This document shows positions 25,919 through 38,900 of a stretch of DNA of 64,000 nucleotides, piece after piece. The first letter of the stretch is position 1; every line of letters begins with the position of its first letter. Both the position numbers and the translations under genes were made by a program. This stretch comes from Marsupella aquatica (Eukaryota; Plantae; Marchantiophyta), in the NCBI GenBank assembly GCA_973895155.1, contig OZ316896.1, positions 9,309,425 through 9,373,424 on the forward strand, written 5' to 3'. A model generated the notes under the pieces. That model was not told where the DNA came from, made no database searches, and was given only the letters and a program-made list of their open reading frames with translations.

Positions 25919-28900
25919 CTGCAATGATTATGGAGAAGAAAAATGGGAAAGTTTAGAAAGTAAGGCAACAGACTAATCAAAGTGCCCATCTGTTAGAGCA
26001 GGTGTCTAGTGAGTGGCTCAATATGGAATGAAATAAAGAGCACATTGTGACAAAAGGCAACACAAAAGGAGTGAGCCTCATGCCAGAAGAGATAGCAATA
26101 CTTTTGTCCCAACTGGAACTGACGAAGCAATGAGAAAGGTGCTTCAATTCACAGTTTAGGATCAAAGTATACTTTACAAAGTGTTGGCCCTGCTTCTATC
26201 CCCATATGCCATTTTCTAGTAGATGGCTGTTTAGCTTCTAAACTATTGTGAATCCCTTTAGAAAAAAACAGTGGGCGTCTCATGTTTTTCTCATACTGGC
26301 TTAGGTTAGGGACACCTATGTCACTCAGAACCATAAACTTAGGAAACACCGCTCTGAGCTCTAGTTACGAGGAGAGAGGGTGAAATGCTTGTTTCTCACA
26401 CCCCTTGAATCCCATCACACGCTTGGGAATATATATAGCTTAGGGCCTAGGCAGGGGCCTAATTAACCGTAGAGTATGAAAATCAATTTAATATAGCTTG
26501 AGTATAAGGATAAAATGAACATATTCCAGCAAAGAATGTGCAAGATTATAAAATAAATATAGACCTAAAGATCGAGGGCGATAAAAAAGAAAATTAAAAA
26601 CATGAAGAGAGTGGCAAAAATAATTTTAAAATAACACAAAATACAAAAATACCTTGTCTAGAATAAAATGAACAAAAACAGATAAAAACAATTCTCAATA
26701 GGACAAAGTCAGAAGAGAAGGCTCCTGAACCAAGTAACACCAGCAACATAGGTGTAGCCAATATTTCGTAGGGGGACATAATCGGTTGTACATTCATCTC
26801 GAACCCCCTGGTGGCCTGGTGGATTGTGTTGTCCGCAATTGGCAGAGACGGCGGTGGACAATGGCAGTATATATGTGGTGGAAATTGTAGTTAGGGACCA
26901 CAGAAGAGCTGGGTTAAAGTAGGCATGTCATAGAAGGGGCCAGCTATATCGAAAATGTGAGTGGGGCTCTAATTTGTAACAAGTTTCATGGGACCCACCA
27001 GGCCAAGTTTTCCAGCCAGGGGATCCATCAAACACATACCTATGTTGGCCTCCAGTTCTCCACGGGGTTTTCGTGGCTCATCATTTTATAAAATTGAATA
27101 TTTTCCAAAGAAAGATCCCCATTTGTCAGGTGTATTAAACACTACTGTATCTTTTCACTCTCTTGGCATGCCTGGATGTTCCACTTGAAGTCTTTGAATC
27201 ATGAGGAAAAACTTGATGAACTCCGATTCATATTTTAATGAAACACGTCGGCATGTTTTGCCTTTCCCAGAGAAACTTTTGACTTTCCCTGGGCCTCCTC
27301 GAAGGTAGAGCTCCAATGGACCCATGTATAGACTATTAGACATCAGCTTTCTTAAAGTAGAATAGCATTGGAACCATGGTATTTGGCATTTATGAAACGT
27401 TCATAAAGTAAAGAAGAGTATTCGACGCATAACTGTACTGGCATTGGCTTTCATAAAGTAACAAAAGTATGTATTTGGCGCACTCTAAACTAAAAGCTAA
27501 CTGTAACCGTGTGCACAATATTGGTGTGCACTTTTTCCCAAAGGACTTGGGGGCCCAACTCGCATGTGAGTAGCCCTCAACCATGCAAAAAAAGTATCTA
27601 TTTAATCTTCTTTCTCGCTACATGTCTATGTGCATGTCTGAGTTCGTGACTCATCTTTGTGGTGCCCTCCCTTTAGGAACATTGTGAAGGGGCTTTTTGT
27701 TGTATTCTCCATGCAAGGTTGGGAACTTGAAAGGGCCTAAGGTTTGCTGCCTTTGCCCTTGGGTTGCCTTAAAAGATGCCATCAAGCATATCTGATGAGG
27801 GGCTTACGGCATAGTGAATAATATGATGCCAAGTTTTAGTTTGAGGGCTGCAATTTTACAGGACCACTCACATGTGAGTTAGGTATTTCACCCCTAGTGT
27901 GTCTTCAACTCTGGACTTGATGGCTTAAAGAATGATTTAGGACTTGACCAGGCCTTTCTAACGGCTGGCCATCTGAACCACAGTAACAGAACAACAGTCA
28001 ACTTTAGGTTGGCCTTTGCTATGTCGCGATGGACAATATCTATGTATTCAAACTGTCAAAATAGAAATGCGCCAAAATATCCAGCTGAACATATGCAAAA
28101 ATGAGGAGTAAATCAAATTACTATCAGCCATAACTTAGGGGGAAGGCCCTTTAACTGCAAGGGAACTAAAGTCCTCTCGAGCAGTAGAATGAAAAGTAGA
28201 AATCAATACAAAAATCTATAGTGTCTAATTCACAAGTCTTTTCTCCTTTACAAGTGCCTGTTAAAGCTCCCGTTAAATATACCACATAGGAGTGTTAAGA
28301 ATGTTGAAGGGTCCATATCCTTGTTTTCTTATAGGATTTTAATACAGTCATGTCTAGAAGTTGAAAACCCTATTGTCCAGCCTTCAGTTCAATGGAACCA
28401 CTACCCAGAGTGCTTGGCCCATAAGTTGTTCACTCAAGAATACTGTCACTAGTGAGTATGCGGTCTAGGTTTCTATTTATGTATTCAAATTGTCAAAGAA
28501 CATAAAGCGCCACCATAGAAGACAGGATCGCAAAGACAAGAAACCCTATAAAGAGGAGAGCAAAAGGGGAAAGCCCGAAACATCAAAGTGTCAAAAAACC
28601 CAAGAGCCAAAAAGCAAACAAGTCCCCAAAGAGAGCTAATAACTAAGCCCCACTTAAGATCAAACTGAAAAGCTGAGTGTTCTTTTTACTTTGTTGCTTC
28701 CCCCTTTTTAATAGTTTTGTAGTTACTTGAAACGCCCCTTTAAGTTTCAGTGAATAGCAAATGATTTGGACCTACATGCTACATTAATTGGCTCGTTGGT
28801 CTTCCTGAAAATTTTCGTTTGTTTTTCTTCCTTTATGTGCTCTCCTTTCTATAGGATCTTACGTCCTGGGTTGGTCCTTTTGGTCCTTTGGCAGTGTGAT

Positions 28901-31654
28901 TTACAATCCATCGTATTTTAAGTGCAGGCTCCTGCAAAGCTGCCCCAGCCTGCACTTATAAGTATTCATTGTCTAAAGGGTGCATGGGATATGCTTACGC
29001 ACCTCTCCATATATTATGGTTGCACTACGGAATATGTCCATGGAAAAATGCTTGTGCACTTCCTCATCTCACACCTGTCAACTCCTTATATCCTGATTGA
29101 TCGTGCATAATACACGATTCAACTAGATAAGTGGAAACTACTTTGTGTAATTATCTGCTGCACTTATCAACAAAAGCTTCTTATGTATGCATAAATCTCA
29201 CAGATGGAGGGAACCAGCAGGCCCGAGAAGGCAAGTAAGCCTCAGAAGCTAAAAATAAATAACACATAGCGTTCGGGTACCATGTACTCATTGTCACACA
29301 GAGAAGTCAATAGGGGACCAATTCAGTCCATCAGTCCTCTAGCTAAATAAGTGCAGAATAGTCTTCCTCTCTATGAGACAGCACCGTTGAGTCATCGGTA
29401 GAACACGTCTCTACTTAATCCCAAAGAAAACTCTACCATCGATATAAACCATAAAGAACATAGACCCAGCAAACAAGTATTTCCGACTCAAAACACCCTT
29501 TGCCTGAAGTAGCCGAGTTTCCCAAATCCATGTGTACACTTAAAGATGGAAATGCTCTTATGTGTTTGTCTTGTTATGCTGATCCACCAGCACTTATACA
29601 CATTGCATTTTGGTGCATTTTTCAAATAGGGCAAGCCCTTTCACCATAAGGGACTAAACAACTAGCCTACAGTGAACCATACAATGCACTTATACATGGT
29701 GCACTTTGCAACTAGACTCTAAATTTTAATCATAGACATGTTTTACAACAAATTATCGATTAAAAAATGGGGTTCAGTGAGATAAAGTGACTTTCCAAAA
29801 ATGGATGGCAGGGAAAAATGAGAGACGGGGAAATTAGATTCCCGACAGCATAGCCCTACAAACTTTATGAGGCAAATGCCTCCCAAAATATGTTTTGGCT
29901 ATGTGTCCACTAAATGGCTAGGTGTCAACTAGATTCCAATAGAGTAGGGTGAGAAAACCTTTTGGCTAGGCTAGGAAAAACGAGTAGGGCAACTAAACGC
30001 TTTGGCTAAGCTAAGAAAAAACTAGATAAAAATGCTACTAAAGTATGTGTCAAAGCCTCATAGCTGCAGATAATGATTTTTGGCCAAAGTTTTTTCACAT
30101 GATGGTCGTGTAAAAGTTTTTCCCACTAGCCTCCACAGTGTTTTATGGTCATCGCATATGACCAATTTTCATGGCACAAAAAATTTGGATAACAAATTTG
30201 ACTGTCCATAACTTTTGTTGTCCATAACCTTAGCTTAGGAGGTAAGGTTGAACATATTCTGAAGTTTGAGAGCCCCTAGTAAATAGTAAATCAAATTTCA
30301 AGGTTTGAGAGCCCCTAATAAGCAGTGAGAACGGCAAGTGAAATTACTGTTTTTAAAGCTCATGACTGGGAACCATTTTCAGGGTGGACCCCCAGAGACC
30401 AATCAGGGCTACAAAGTGGGTAACCAGCAGCCAAGTAAATAATCAGAACATTAAGGGAAGTAGTTGCCTAAATAAGCATTTGGGCCAATCAGTATCTGCC
30501 ACACCACCAGATTCTATCTTATAACGCTTACTATACATATGATACATACGAGCCAGTGAGTATATAATCTGAGACAGGCATACACTCATAAATGCAGGGA
30601 TGTGCAAGAACATAGAGTTAGATTGTGTGTCAGACTTTGGATTTCTTGTTTGTTATTTGTGCTAGACCATTTGTGATCTGTTTGTGGCAAGCATTCCCTT
30701 AACAAAGGCCAATGGTCCCATCATGTGACATTATGCGCATATAATCGACCTGTAATTGGTCACATGATGTGACATTACAGGCATATGGTCGAACTTTATA
30801 TGCACTTATGGTCCATCTTGAAACCATTACCATATACTCCTTCCACCACCCAAATACAATTCCCATCCCACTCACACACATATGGGAAGTGTGACCTCTC
30901 ATGAATGTATTGGGCTATTGGGTGTGGGGAGAGCAAAATCTTGAAGACAAAAAGTAAAGCTCCTTACTGACAAAAGCAGCATTTCAGGCATTGCACATGA
31001 TTGTGCCTCTGATGAGATTCCAATCTGTCAACCAATGAGACTGTTACAGAACAGGGCGCAACCCCATTTCCTGCCACCACTGTGATGGTTCCATGACTAC
31101 TAAATTCACCGGTTGTACTGCCCCCCAGAATTAAAAATACACACTTGGTACGAGGCCATGATTGTGTAGATATGGGGACGGCATTTTGCCAGAGTGACAA
31201 TCTAAGAAACTGTCAGCATTTAGGGTATCTTCACGTACTTCAGTGCTACTCTACTAAGTTTCTTATATTGTCGATGCTACATATCTTGTGTGCACTTAGT
31301 TTTGCACTATGTGATAAGTGCAAAAAGTTGAATTGTGCATGCTCCTCTAATAAGTTTCTCATATTTTTGAAGCCACATCCAGTGTGCACTAAAAGTGGGT
31401 TTGCACTATGTGAGAAGTTCAAAATCATGGAATTGTTCATTTATCATGTAGGGTTGCAGGGAGTAATAGTCATGGCCCTAGATTAGGCCATGAGTTGGCC
31501 AGAGTAACCTCTGACACTTTGTTCACATAAAATAACGAGACTTGGCAGGACTGGTTGGGGTTTATGACCCGGAACCCCAGGCCAGGCTGGCTGAGGGGTT
31601 ATGGCTGGCAGGCTGGGGACCTCCATTGAAACCACAAATGGAGGAACAGAAGAG

Positions 31655-33566
31655 GGTGTTGGCCCACCCCCAGTGTATCTTCCCTTCCCTTTCAGATGAC
31701 ACCCACATCTTTGGTCCTCCTGCCGCGGTTACTTCTGCCCTCGCCACTCTTTCCACCCATTTGATGGGCCTCGGTTTACGAGTTCAGCCTGTGAAGAGTC
31801 GTGCATGGAGTCCAGCTGGGTTACCCTCTGATCTTGTGCTTCCCCCAGGTTCTTACGTCCAGCCGATGGTCTTTGGGTCCTTGGCTCCCCAGTCGGTACC
31901 GCCTCCTTTTGCTCATCTTTCATCGCTGACTCTATACAGACTGCCTTAGCCCATACTCCTATGCTCCCTAAGTTAGCAGATTCTCAGGCAGCATTTGGGA
32001 TGTTGTTGAGGTGCATCCACCCTCGTGCGTCTTATCTGGCTAGGACGCATCCCCCTACCGAGGATCTTTGTCTCCACCTTCGAGCATTTGATGTCTCCAT
32101 TCGTCAGACCCTGGCCTCTCTTTTAGGTCCGGGTACGTTGCTCTCATCTCCGTGGCTTCATCGACAACTCAGTCTTCCTATTTCGCAGGGTGGTTTTGGG
32201 CTTACTTCCATTGAGAGCCTTGCACCTTTGGCCTTTTTGGGTGCATGGGCGGCCGCCTTCTCGTTGTTGGCCGATCGTTTTCTTATTGAGGATCGCCCTT
32301 TTTTACTTTCATCTCTCATGGAGGTAGAGGAGGGTTCCCTCCCGTTTCAGGTTCATTTGCGCGCAGCGCGGTCCTCATTACCAGATCCTGTTCGCGCCGC
32401 GTTACCTTCTTTCCAGGAGTTTTTATCCTTGGATCCCGTTCGTCTTCAGGCAGACCTCGCTGGGCGTATGCACACTTTCACCCTTTCCAGCATCCTCTCC
32501 GAGGCACCTGACACGGACCGAGCTCGGATTCTTTCTTCCGGAGGGAAGGGCGCAGGTGGATGGCTTCAGGCCAATCCAGTCATTCCTCATTTGCGGATGT
32601 CTTCAACGGAGTTCTCCACAGCCATGCGTCTTCGTCTGGGGCTGCCCCACCCACTTCTTGCAGGTTTACCTCCTTCTTGCACTTGTGGGAAGCCTTGTGA
32701 TGCCACAGGTGTCCATCTTCTTCGGTGCAGTTTGGGAGGTGAAACCATTATTGTTCACGACGCTGTGCGAGATGCGACTGCTCAGGTTCTCTCTGGCTCT
32801 ACGGTATGCGTGCGGCGGGAGGTGGTACTCGAGTTACCTGGTCCTCCATCACAGCGGTTACGGGTGGATCTTACCATGGTCCGTGAGGGTCAACGTACTT
32901 TGGCAGATGTTGTGGTGCCAAACCCATTGCGCCAAGACATCATTGGGACAGCGGCAACTACGGCAGGGGCAGCAGCGTCACGTGCGGCAACAACGAAGGA
33001 GGCCAAATATGCTGCACGAGCTTCATCCGACAGCTTCCTCCCCCTTGCTGTGGAGCTATTTGGGCGTCTTCATCCTCAGTTTGATGGGCTTCTTCGGCAA
33101 GCTGCCCGGGATGTTCATGGCCGAATGGGTCCCACCGGACCCCCGCTTTCTATTTTGACCACGCACTTTCGCCAACGCATTTCAGTCACCTTACAGCGTG
33201 CTCAAGCTCGGGCCATCTATCGTCGATCTCTTACAGTGGGTGCTAGTGTGCCTCCGCAGCGGCTAGCTCCCCTTGAGGATGTTCCAATCCCACTTGCCGA
33301 TCTAGTTTTGACTCTTGATGTGGACCATTAGCTTTTTGCCACAATCGGTAGGAATGATGAGGACCTCGGTCCGCTTGGGTTAGTTTTAGTCTCTCTCTCT
33401 TTCTTGGTTTTTAGGGGTTCCCTATTGTTCATTTCTTACTTTTAGTTCCTCTTTCTTGGTGTTTAGTGGTTCCCTTTTGCTCACTTCTTTTTCGATTGGT
33501 TTTGTCCACTTGGGCCCTCTTTTGTTTGTTCATTTGTACTCTGTTTGGTCCCTTTGTATATAAAAA
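31655..33566 (+). mobile_element. 5'-truncated CRE-like non-LTR retrotransposon (RT C-terminus + zinc knuckle + restriction-like endonuclease), one frameshift near 31850; boundaries approximate
   Basis: RT motif FPSLSDDTHI...GLRVQPVKS, then in the next frame DGLWVLGSPVG, QLSLPISQGGFG, AGGWL, RLRLG, CTCG..CD..G.HLLRC, HDAVRD, RVDL...LADVVV.NP, AA..KEAKY and FLPLAVELFG (PD-(D/E)XK RLE); stop at 33331; T-rich 3' UTR ending TATAAAAA. Confidence 0.88.
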
Positions 33567-33890
33567 GTGTGTATATATTTTTTTGTTACAAGAAGAGCTA
33601 CAATGCCTCCCATGTGCAATGGGGCCCTATATCAATGAACATTTTTGTGCTTTTCACCCTACATTGTACATGCCTGTCCTAAACTGGATCCCCTGTGGCA
33701 TATGTGCAATTGTTACTCTATAAAAAATGCCACGCACTTATCAGGAAGCGTGAGTCTATGAAATAATTGGGGTTCAGTCACACTTAGCAAGGGTTTTTCA
33801 CTTACATACTCATCTGCCACGTTTAGCAAAAACTCGTTTAGCCTGTTTGCTCTTACGGGAAAGCTTGCAAAATCCAGGGCTTGCACTTAT

Positions 33891-33914
33891 GGAGAGAGAG
33901 AGAGAGAGAGAGAG
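33891..33914. repeat. (GA)n microsatellite
   Basis: Read directly. Confidence 0.9.
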
Positions 33915-35480
33915 ACGCTTGTACAACAGCCACAGATATATATTCAGAAAAAATTAATAAAATATATCCGAAGCCCCGTCGCGATTCTTCATGCTGGATC
34001 AATGGATTATTATGGCTGAGGAAAATGCAGAATTATAATGTACGAAATCGCCTTCGCCCGAGGGCCACAGGGCCACTGGATAGCTGACAAAAGTGCGGGC
34101 AGCTGGGCAACGACTGAAGTGGATGGACGAAACTTGTCGCTTGCTGTGAACCTCAAGTCCCATCAAAAATACCTGGCACAGTCCTGCCCAAGTGTCTGCC
34201 CGGGCCGCAGGGGCCAGCTAGCCATCCAGCCAGCCGTCAAGGCCCCACTAGCGCGACAGCTACTTGGACACTTGGCACTATAAGGTTCCTTCGGGTCCAT
34301 CGGGCACTGCACGATAATTGTTACGGGGCAGCCGCACATGCCTCGTTCTGTACTATAAGTGTATTATGTGAAGTTGTGAACCGCTTTCCACCTGACTAGT
34401 CGGCTAGAGATTGACCGTAAATCGTACTAGAGTCTAGAGAAGCTTTACAGTACTGTACCAAACAGCTATACACCTTGTTTGGCGTAGCCTCAAATAGTCA
34501 AATGTAATGTTTGAGCAAGGTACCGGGCTATGCTCTACGGGGAGTCTCAAAACTCAGAATTTGATATACGCTTTACAGTGTTCAATGCAATGTAATTAGT
34601 TAGTGGACCTGTATCTATTTTGATTGAGATTGAAAAATAGTAAAATATATGTTGGACAATGTGTGATGTAGATATATGTCAAAGAATGAATTCCTCCATT
34701 GCTTATTCATTACCAAAATCTCAGCCTTGTAAAACTCCTCTCCTGTCCTATCCCAAACAACAGGAGTTCGTTGCCGTTAACACTTGGGTGCTCTGAAGAG
34801 CTCTTAATGGACTCTTACTTGGTTACCTTCTGTTTTTGTATGAGTCGAAGCTTGCTTTATGTCACCGACATGTGAAAAGCTGGTTTCTTCTCCTCTTCAT
34901 AGAATCAGTCAATTAAAGTTTGGAATTGCTTGCATCACCAGTTAATCTGATTGAGCTCTTGTATTGAAAAAGATAGAATGGCACCGACTGTTAATTTGCA
35001 ATTAACTTGGTTACCTTTTAAACCACTAATCGCAGTATAAAATACTCCGGGTGACCCGGAGTAGTCACTCCCAAAACGCGATTGCGGTGTCCGTGGACGA
35101 GCGCCCTTCCGCAGCCCTCCGATCGGGAGCCCGATCATTTTCGTCCGTTCGTCAAATGAGCCAATCTATGGCTCAAAATGCAGGTCTCTCCGAGATCTAC
35201 GTCTCAGGAAAAACCAGATCTTGAAAGAGTGAAAAATGAGTGAGAAAAATGAAAAAAACTATCCAAACAATCTGATTGGTGGAGGCCCAAAAATTTGAAT
35301 TTTGAATTTTTGGGCAGGTCGGGCAGGGACAGGTGGCCCGGAGTACTATCGGGCGACCGGGTGAAGAAACCTGTGCGGGCATCCGCCCATAGCAGGTCAA
35401 ACAAGAGCCTCGCCTGGGCCGGTTAGGATTGCTATCTTCCTGATGACTTTATGTATAGTTGATAGTAATTATATTTCAAA

Positions 35481-35553
35481 GAGTCCTCTTGGTTCACTGG
35501 TTAGTGCGTCTGCCTCCCAAGCAGCAGGTTTGAGTTTCAAATCCTGCTGTGCG
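35481..35553 (+). other. Degenerate tRNA-like sequence (Gly-CCC-like anticodon loop), probably a SINE head or pseudo-tRNA
   Basis: A-box-like TGGTTCACTGGTTAG, anticodon arm CTGC-CTCCCAA-GCAG, B-box-like GAGTTTCAAATCC; the acceptor stem pairs poorly. Confidence 0.5.
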
Positions 35554-35575
35554 TTGTAGAAGATATGTATGTTTT

Positions 35576-35689
35576 GCACCTGAAATTGCTCTCCCCTCTC
35601 CCTATTGGGGCTGCCAAAAGAGATAAAACAGCGCACCTGAAATTGCTCTCCCCTCTCCCTATTGGGGGTGCCAAAAGAGATAAAACAGC
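35576..35689. repeat. 57-bp direct duplication in the transposase upstream region
   Basis: gcacctgaaattgctctcccctctccctattgggg(c/g)tgccaaaagagataaaacagc occurs twice. Confidence 0.92.
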
Positions 35690-35988
35690 CGCCACCTCAA
35701 GGTCTTCCTAGGGTTTCAGGTAGGTGTACGTACCAGGCAGTGGGGAGCAGGGGCATGAGAGCAAAAGGGGCAATGTGGGTACACAATGCCTCATTTGCAC
35801 ATTGGCTTCCCAAGGTACTTTTTCTTTTCTCTTCTCTTTCCCTTTGTATTTGCCCATTCATTTATTTTTGTCAATTTATTTTTTGTTTTACCGGGTTTGG
35901 CTTGGCATCCGGTCTCTGTTGTAGAGGTTAGGGGTATTTGCTTAGAGGTTAGGGTTACGGTTAGGGTTTTGGTTTAGGGTAGGGTTCT

Positions 35989-38900
35989 ATGAGCACCGGG
36001 GGTCAGCCCCCGGATCTTCCAGATGGGAGGCGGAAACGTCGCCCAAGGGGAGGGGGTCCACCTAGACAGCATTATCTGAGTGATGATATAGATTACAAGA
36101 AGAGACGGAGACCGGATGCCAAGCCAGAAATCCGGGTCCCACTTGAACGGTGGGATGAGTGGGAGGACCTCCGAGGCTTGCTTGGACCAGACACAACACA
36201 CTCTACCGTTGTGACATGGCTGCTCGATCGAGTGCGACCTGCGGTTCAAGAGCTTCGGACATGGCGAGAAGCGGAGGCAGCTCAAATTCTGCCTGAGGCA
36301 GTACCATCGCCCACCGCCCAGCAGGATCCAGGTCACCCTTCACGACCATATCAGGTGCGGACACTCTCTCAATTACTCATTTATAGTTATTAGTTCCATG
36401 TACTCGTAGTTTTGACATATACATAACTTATCTAACTTATCTAATAGAATACCCTAAATGAAACCATGAAATTAGGGTACACCTTCTAACCTATATTTAG
36501 GGCACAGATATATAACTTATCTAATATAATACCCTAAACTAAACCATGAAATTAGGGTACACCTTATAGCCTATATTTAGACCACACATATATAACTTAT
36601 CTAATATAATACCCTAAACGAAACCATGAAATTAGGGTACACCTTATAATCTATATTTAGGGCACACATATATAACTTATCTAATATAATACCCTAAACC
36701 AAACCATAAAATTAGGGTCACTACAATTAGGTTACACAGATTATAAACCATAAGATTATCATACATAATGCCAAACACTATTCTAAACTATGATTTTATT
36801 TATTGGGTCATGTTTACGGTTTGGATTACCATAGAACTATGTCATGACACTTCCCAGAATAAAAATGTATTATTTTCAAAAGTTCTTGTATAATCTATGA
36901 TTCCAATAACATTGTCCAGGATGCTACGTACGGAGTCACATGTGTTGGATGATATTCTCTTGGAGGAGGACATTGCTGAGCAATATGCTTCGGATGCGGA
37001 AGATGAAGAATTATATCGCGAGGATGATCCAGATACTCTTGTGGCTTTAGGAGCAAACATCAATGTGGATGAGGGAGACTTCCAAGTATGAATCCTCTCC
37101 TTCCACCACTCTAGTATGTAAAGTTCATTTTTTATAATTATAAACAAAAGAGAAAATGTTTGACTACCAAGTTTGTGGGTTTCTTGTACCAGGAGCCATC
37201 CATTGTCCCTGACTCTCAACCTACAGGAGCAGCTCCAACCGTTGACCCTTTGCCTTCGCTAGTTCCTAACTCTCAGCCTACAGAACCTCCGGACACACTA
37301 CCGACTCGTAGAGCAGCACCTCGTCTTCCAGCTACAGTTGCATTTTTTGATCGCAACCTGGTGGCTACTTTTGTGGACAGGCTACTACCTCGATGTCATA
37401 TCCATGGATGTTTGAGGACTCCGAGAGTTGAGCGAGTGACCGAGTTGCATCAACTTTGGTCAATTCACATTGGATGTGGGGAGGGTGGTCATGGTTGGAC
37501 TTATATTACAGGCGAGAATGAGCCTGGGAGGTCTTCTCCTATGATTACCCCCCAGTTGTATCATTCCACCCTTTGTGCAGGCCTCACCTATACCTCTTTG
37601 GTTGCTGTTGTAGCACACATTGGCTTACATGTTCCTACTGCAGCTCATTGGCACGACTTTCAAAGTGGTCGTGGACGTCCTCGGGGTGGATGGATAGCAG
37701 CTGTAAAACAACAATGGAATGAAAACAAAAGTCATATGTGGCAGCAGCTAAAGGATGATATTGAGCAGAGGCAATCAACTAACACTGGTAAGTAATTGAC
37801 TATTATAGATCCTACTTGATTTTTTTGGGTACTTAAGGGTTATGCTCTTCTTACCAATTTTTTGGTTTGATCTAGTTCTCATAGTTTGTATATATGCTTT
37901 GAAATGACAGACCCTGGATTAGTGGTGTACTTGGATACTCGATGGGATTCTTCGAGGAGCGGTTATCATCGTACCACCTCTCTCCTCAATGTTGAAGATA
38001 ATAGGGTAATTGAGATGGTTACAATTACCAGGAGAGAAGAGAGAAATGCTTGGCACATGGAGGACAAGGGTACTCAAAGGGCACTGGATAATTTGAGAGA
38101 TGCAGGGATCTCTATCACTGAGGTCATCCATGACGACAAGGCCACTATTGATAACATTGTGGAGAACATGGGAATTAGGAACCAGAAAGACTTGTGGCAT
38201 AAGGCCAAAAACCTTATCAAGAAGTTCGTGGACAAGATGGTGAGTGCCACCTACACTTTGACCATTGACATTGATACAGCTGCATCCCGTTCTGAGTTGC
38301 AAGCAGTTACAGCTAAGAAGTTGCAGGACTGGTTGAAGGCTAGGGGTGTGAGAGGATACTCTGCCCTTAGGAAGGAAGCACTGGTCCATAAGTTGTTGGG
38401 GACATGCGTGGGTTGCCACCTGGAGAACTGATACATATTCCAACACGTGGCCTCAAGTACCCAGAGCTGTCTCAACACAACATTTGCCACAAAGTTGAAG
38501 ACATGGTTCTATGTATGTTGTCGGCGATGTAAGAGCAGGTATGCATAATATTGGATAGGGTGTGAATTTTGGGGTTTTACATTTGTAGGTGTACTAAGTG
38601 TGGGATGGGTTTACATATTATTTCACAAGACTAAGTAATTGGAATGTCCATTATGCAGTGGGGGAGATGCTGCATCCTTGGCCTTTGAGTTGGGTAACTG
38701 TGGTGATCATTGGGCCGGCGATCACAGATTATGTGTGAGACTGTCTGATCGACCATGTCAGCATCTTGAGGAGCCTGGGGCCATCCAGCTTGACCGTTAC
38801 TATGAGAATGGTAAACTTTGTGTTGACCTATGTAATTCTGTTGTGAAATATGACTTGGTTAGGTAAGCAAGATTGCCTGTTATGCATGACTTATTATTTG

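Noticed and set aside
36422-36718. CRISPR-like or guide-RNA array inside the transposon
   Set aside because: Units are similar over their whole length (no spacers) and lie in an intron; no RuvC/TnpB/Fanzor motifs seen in the element.
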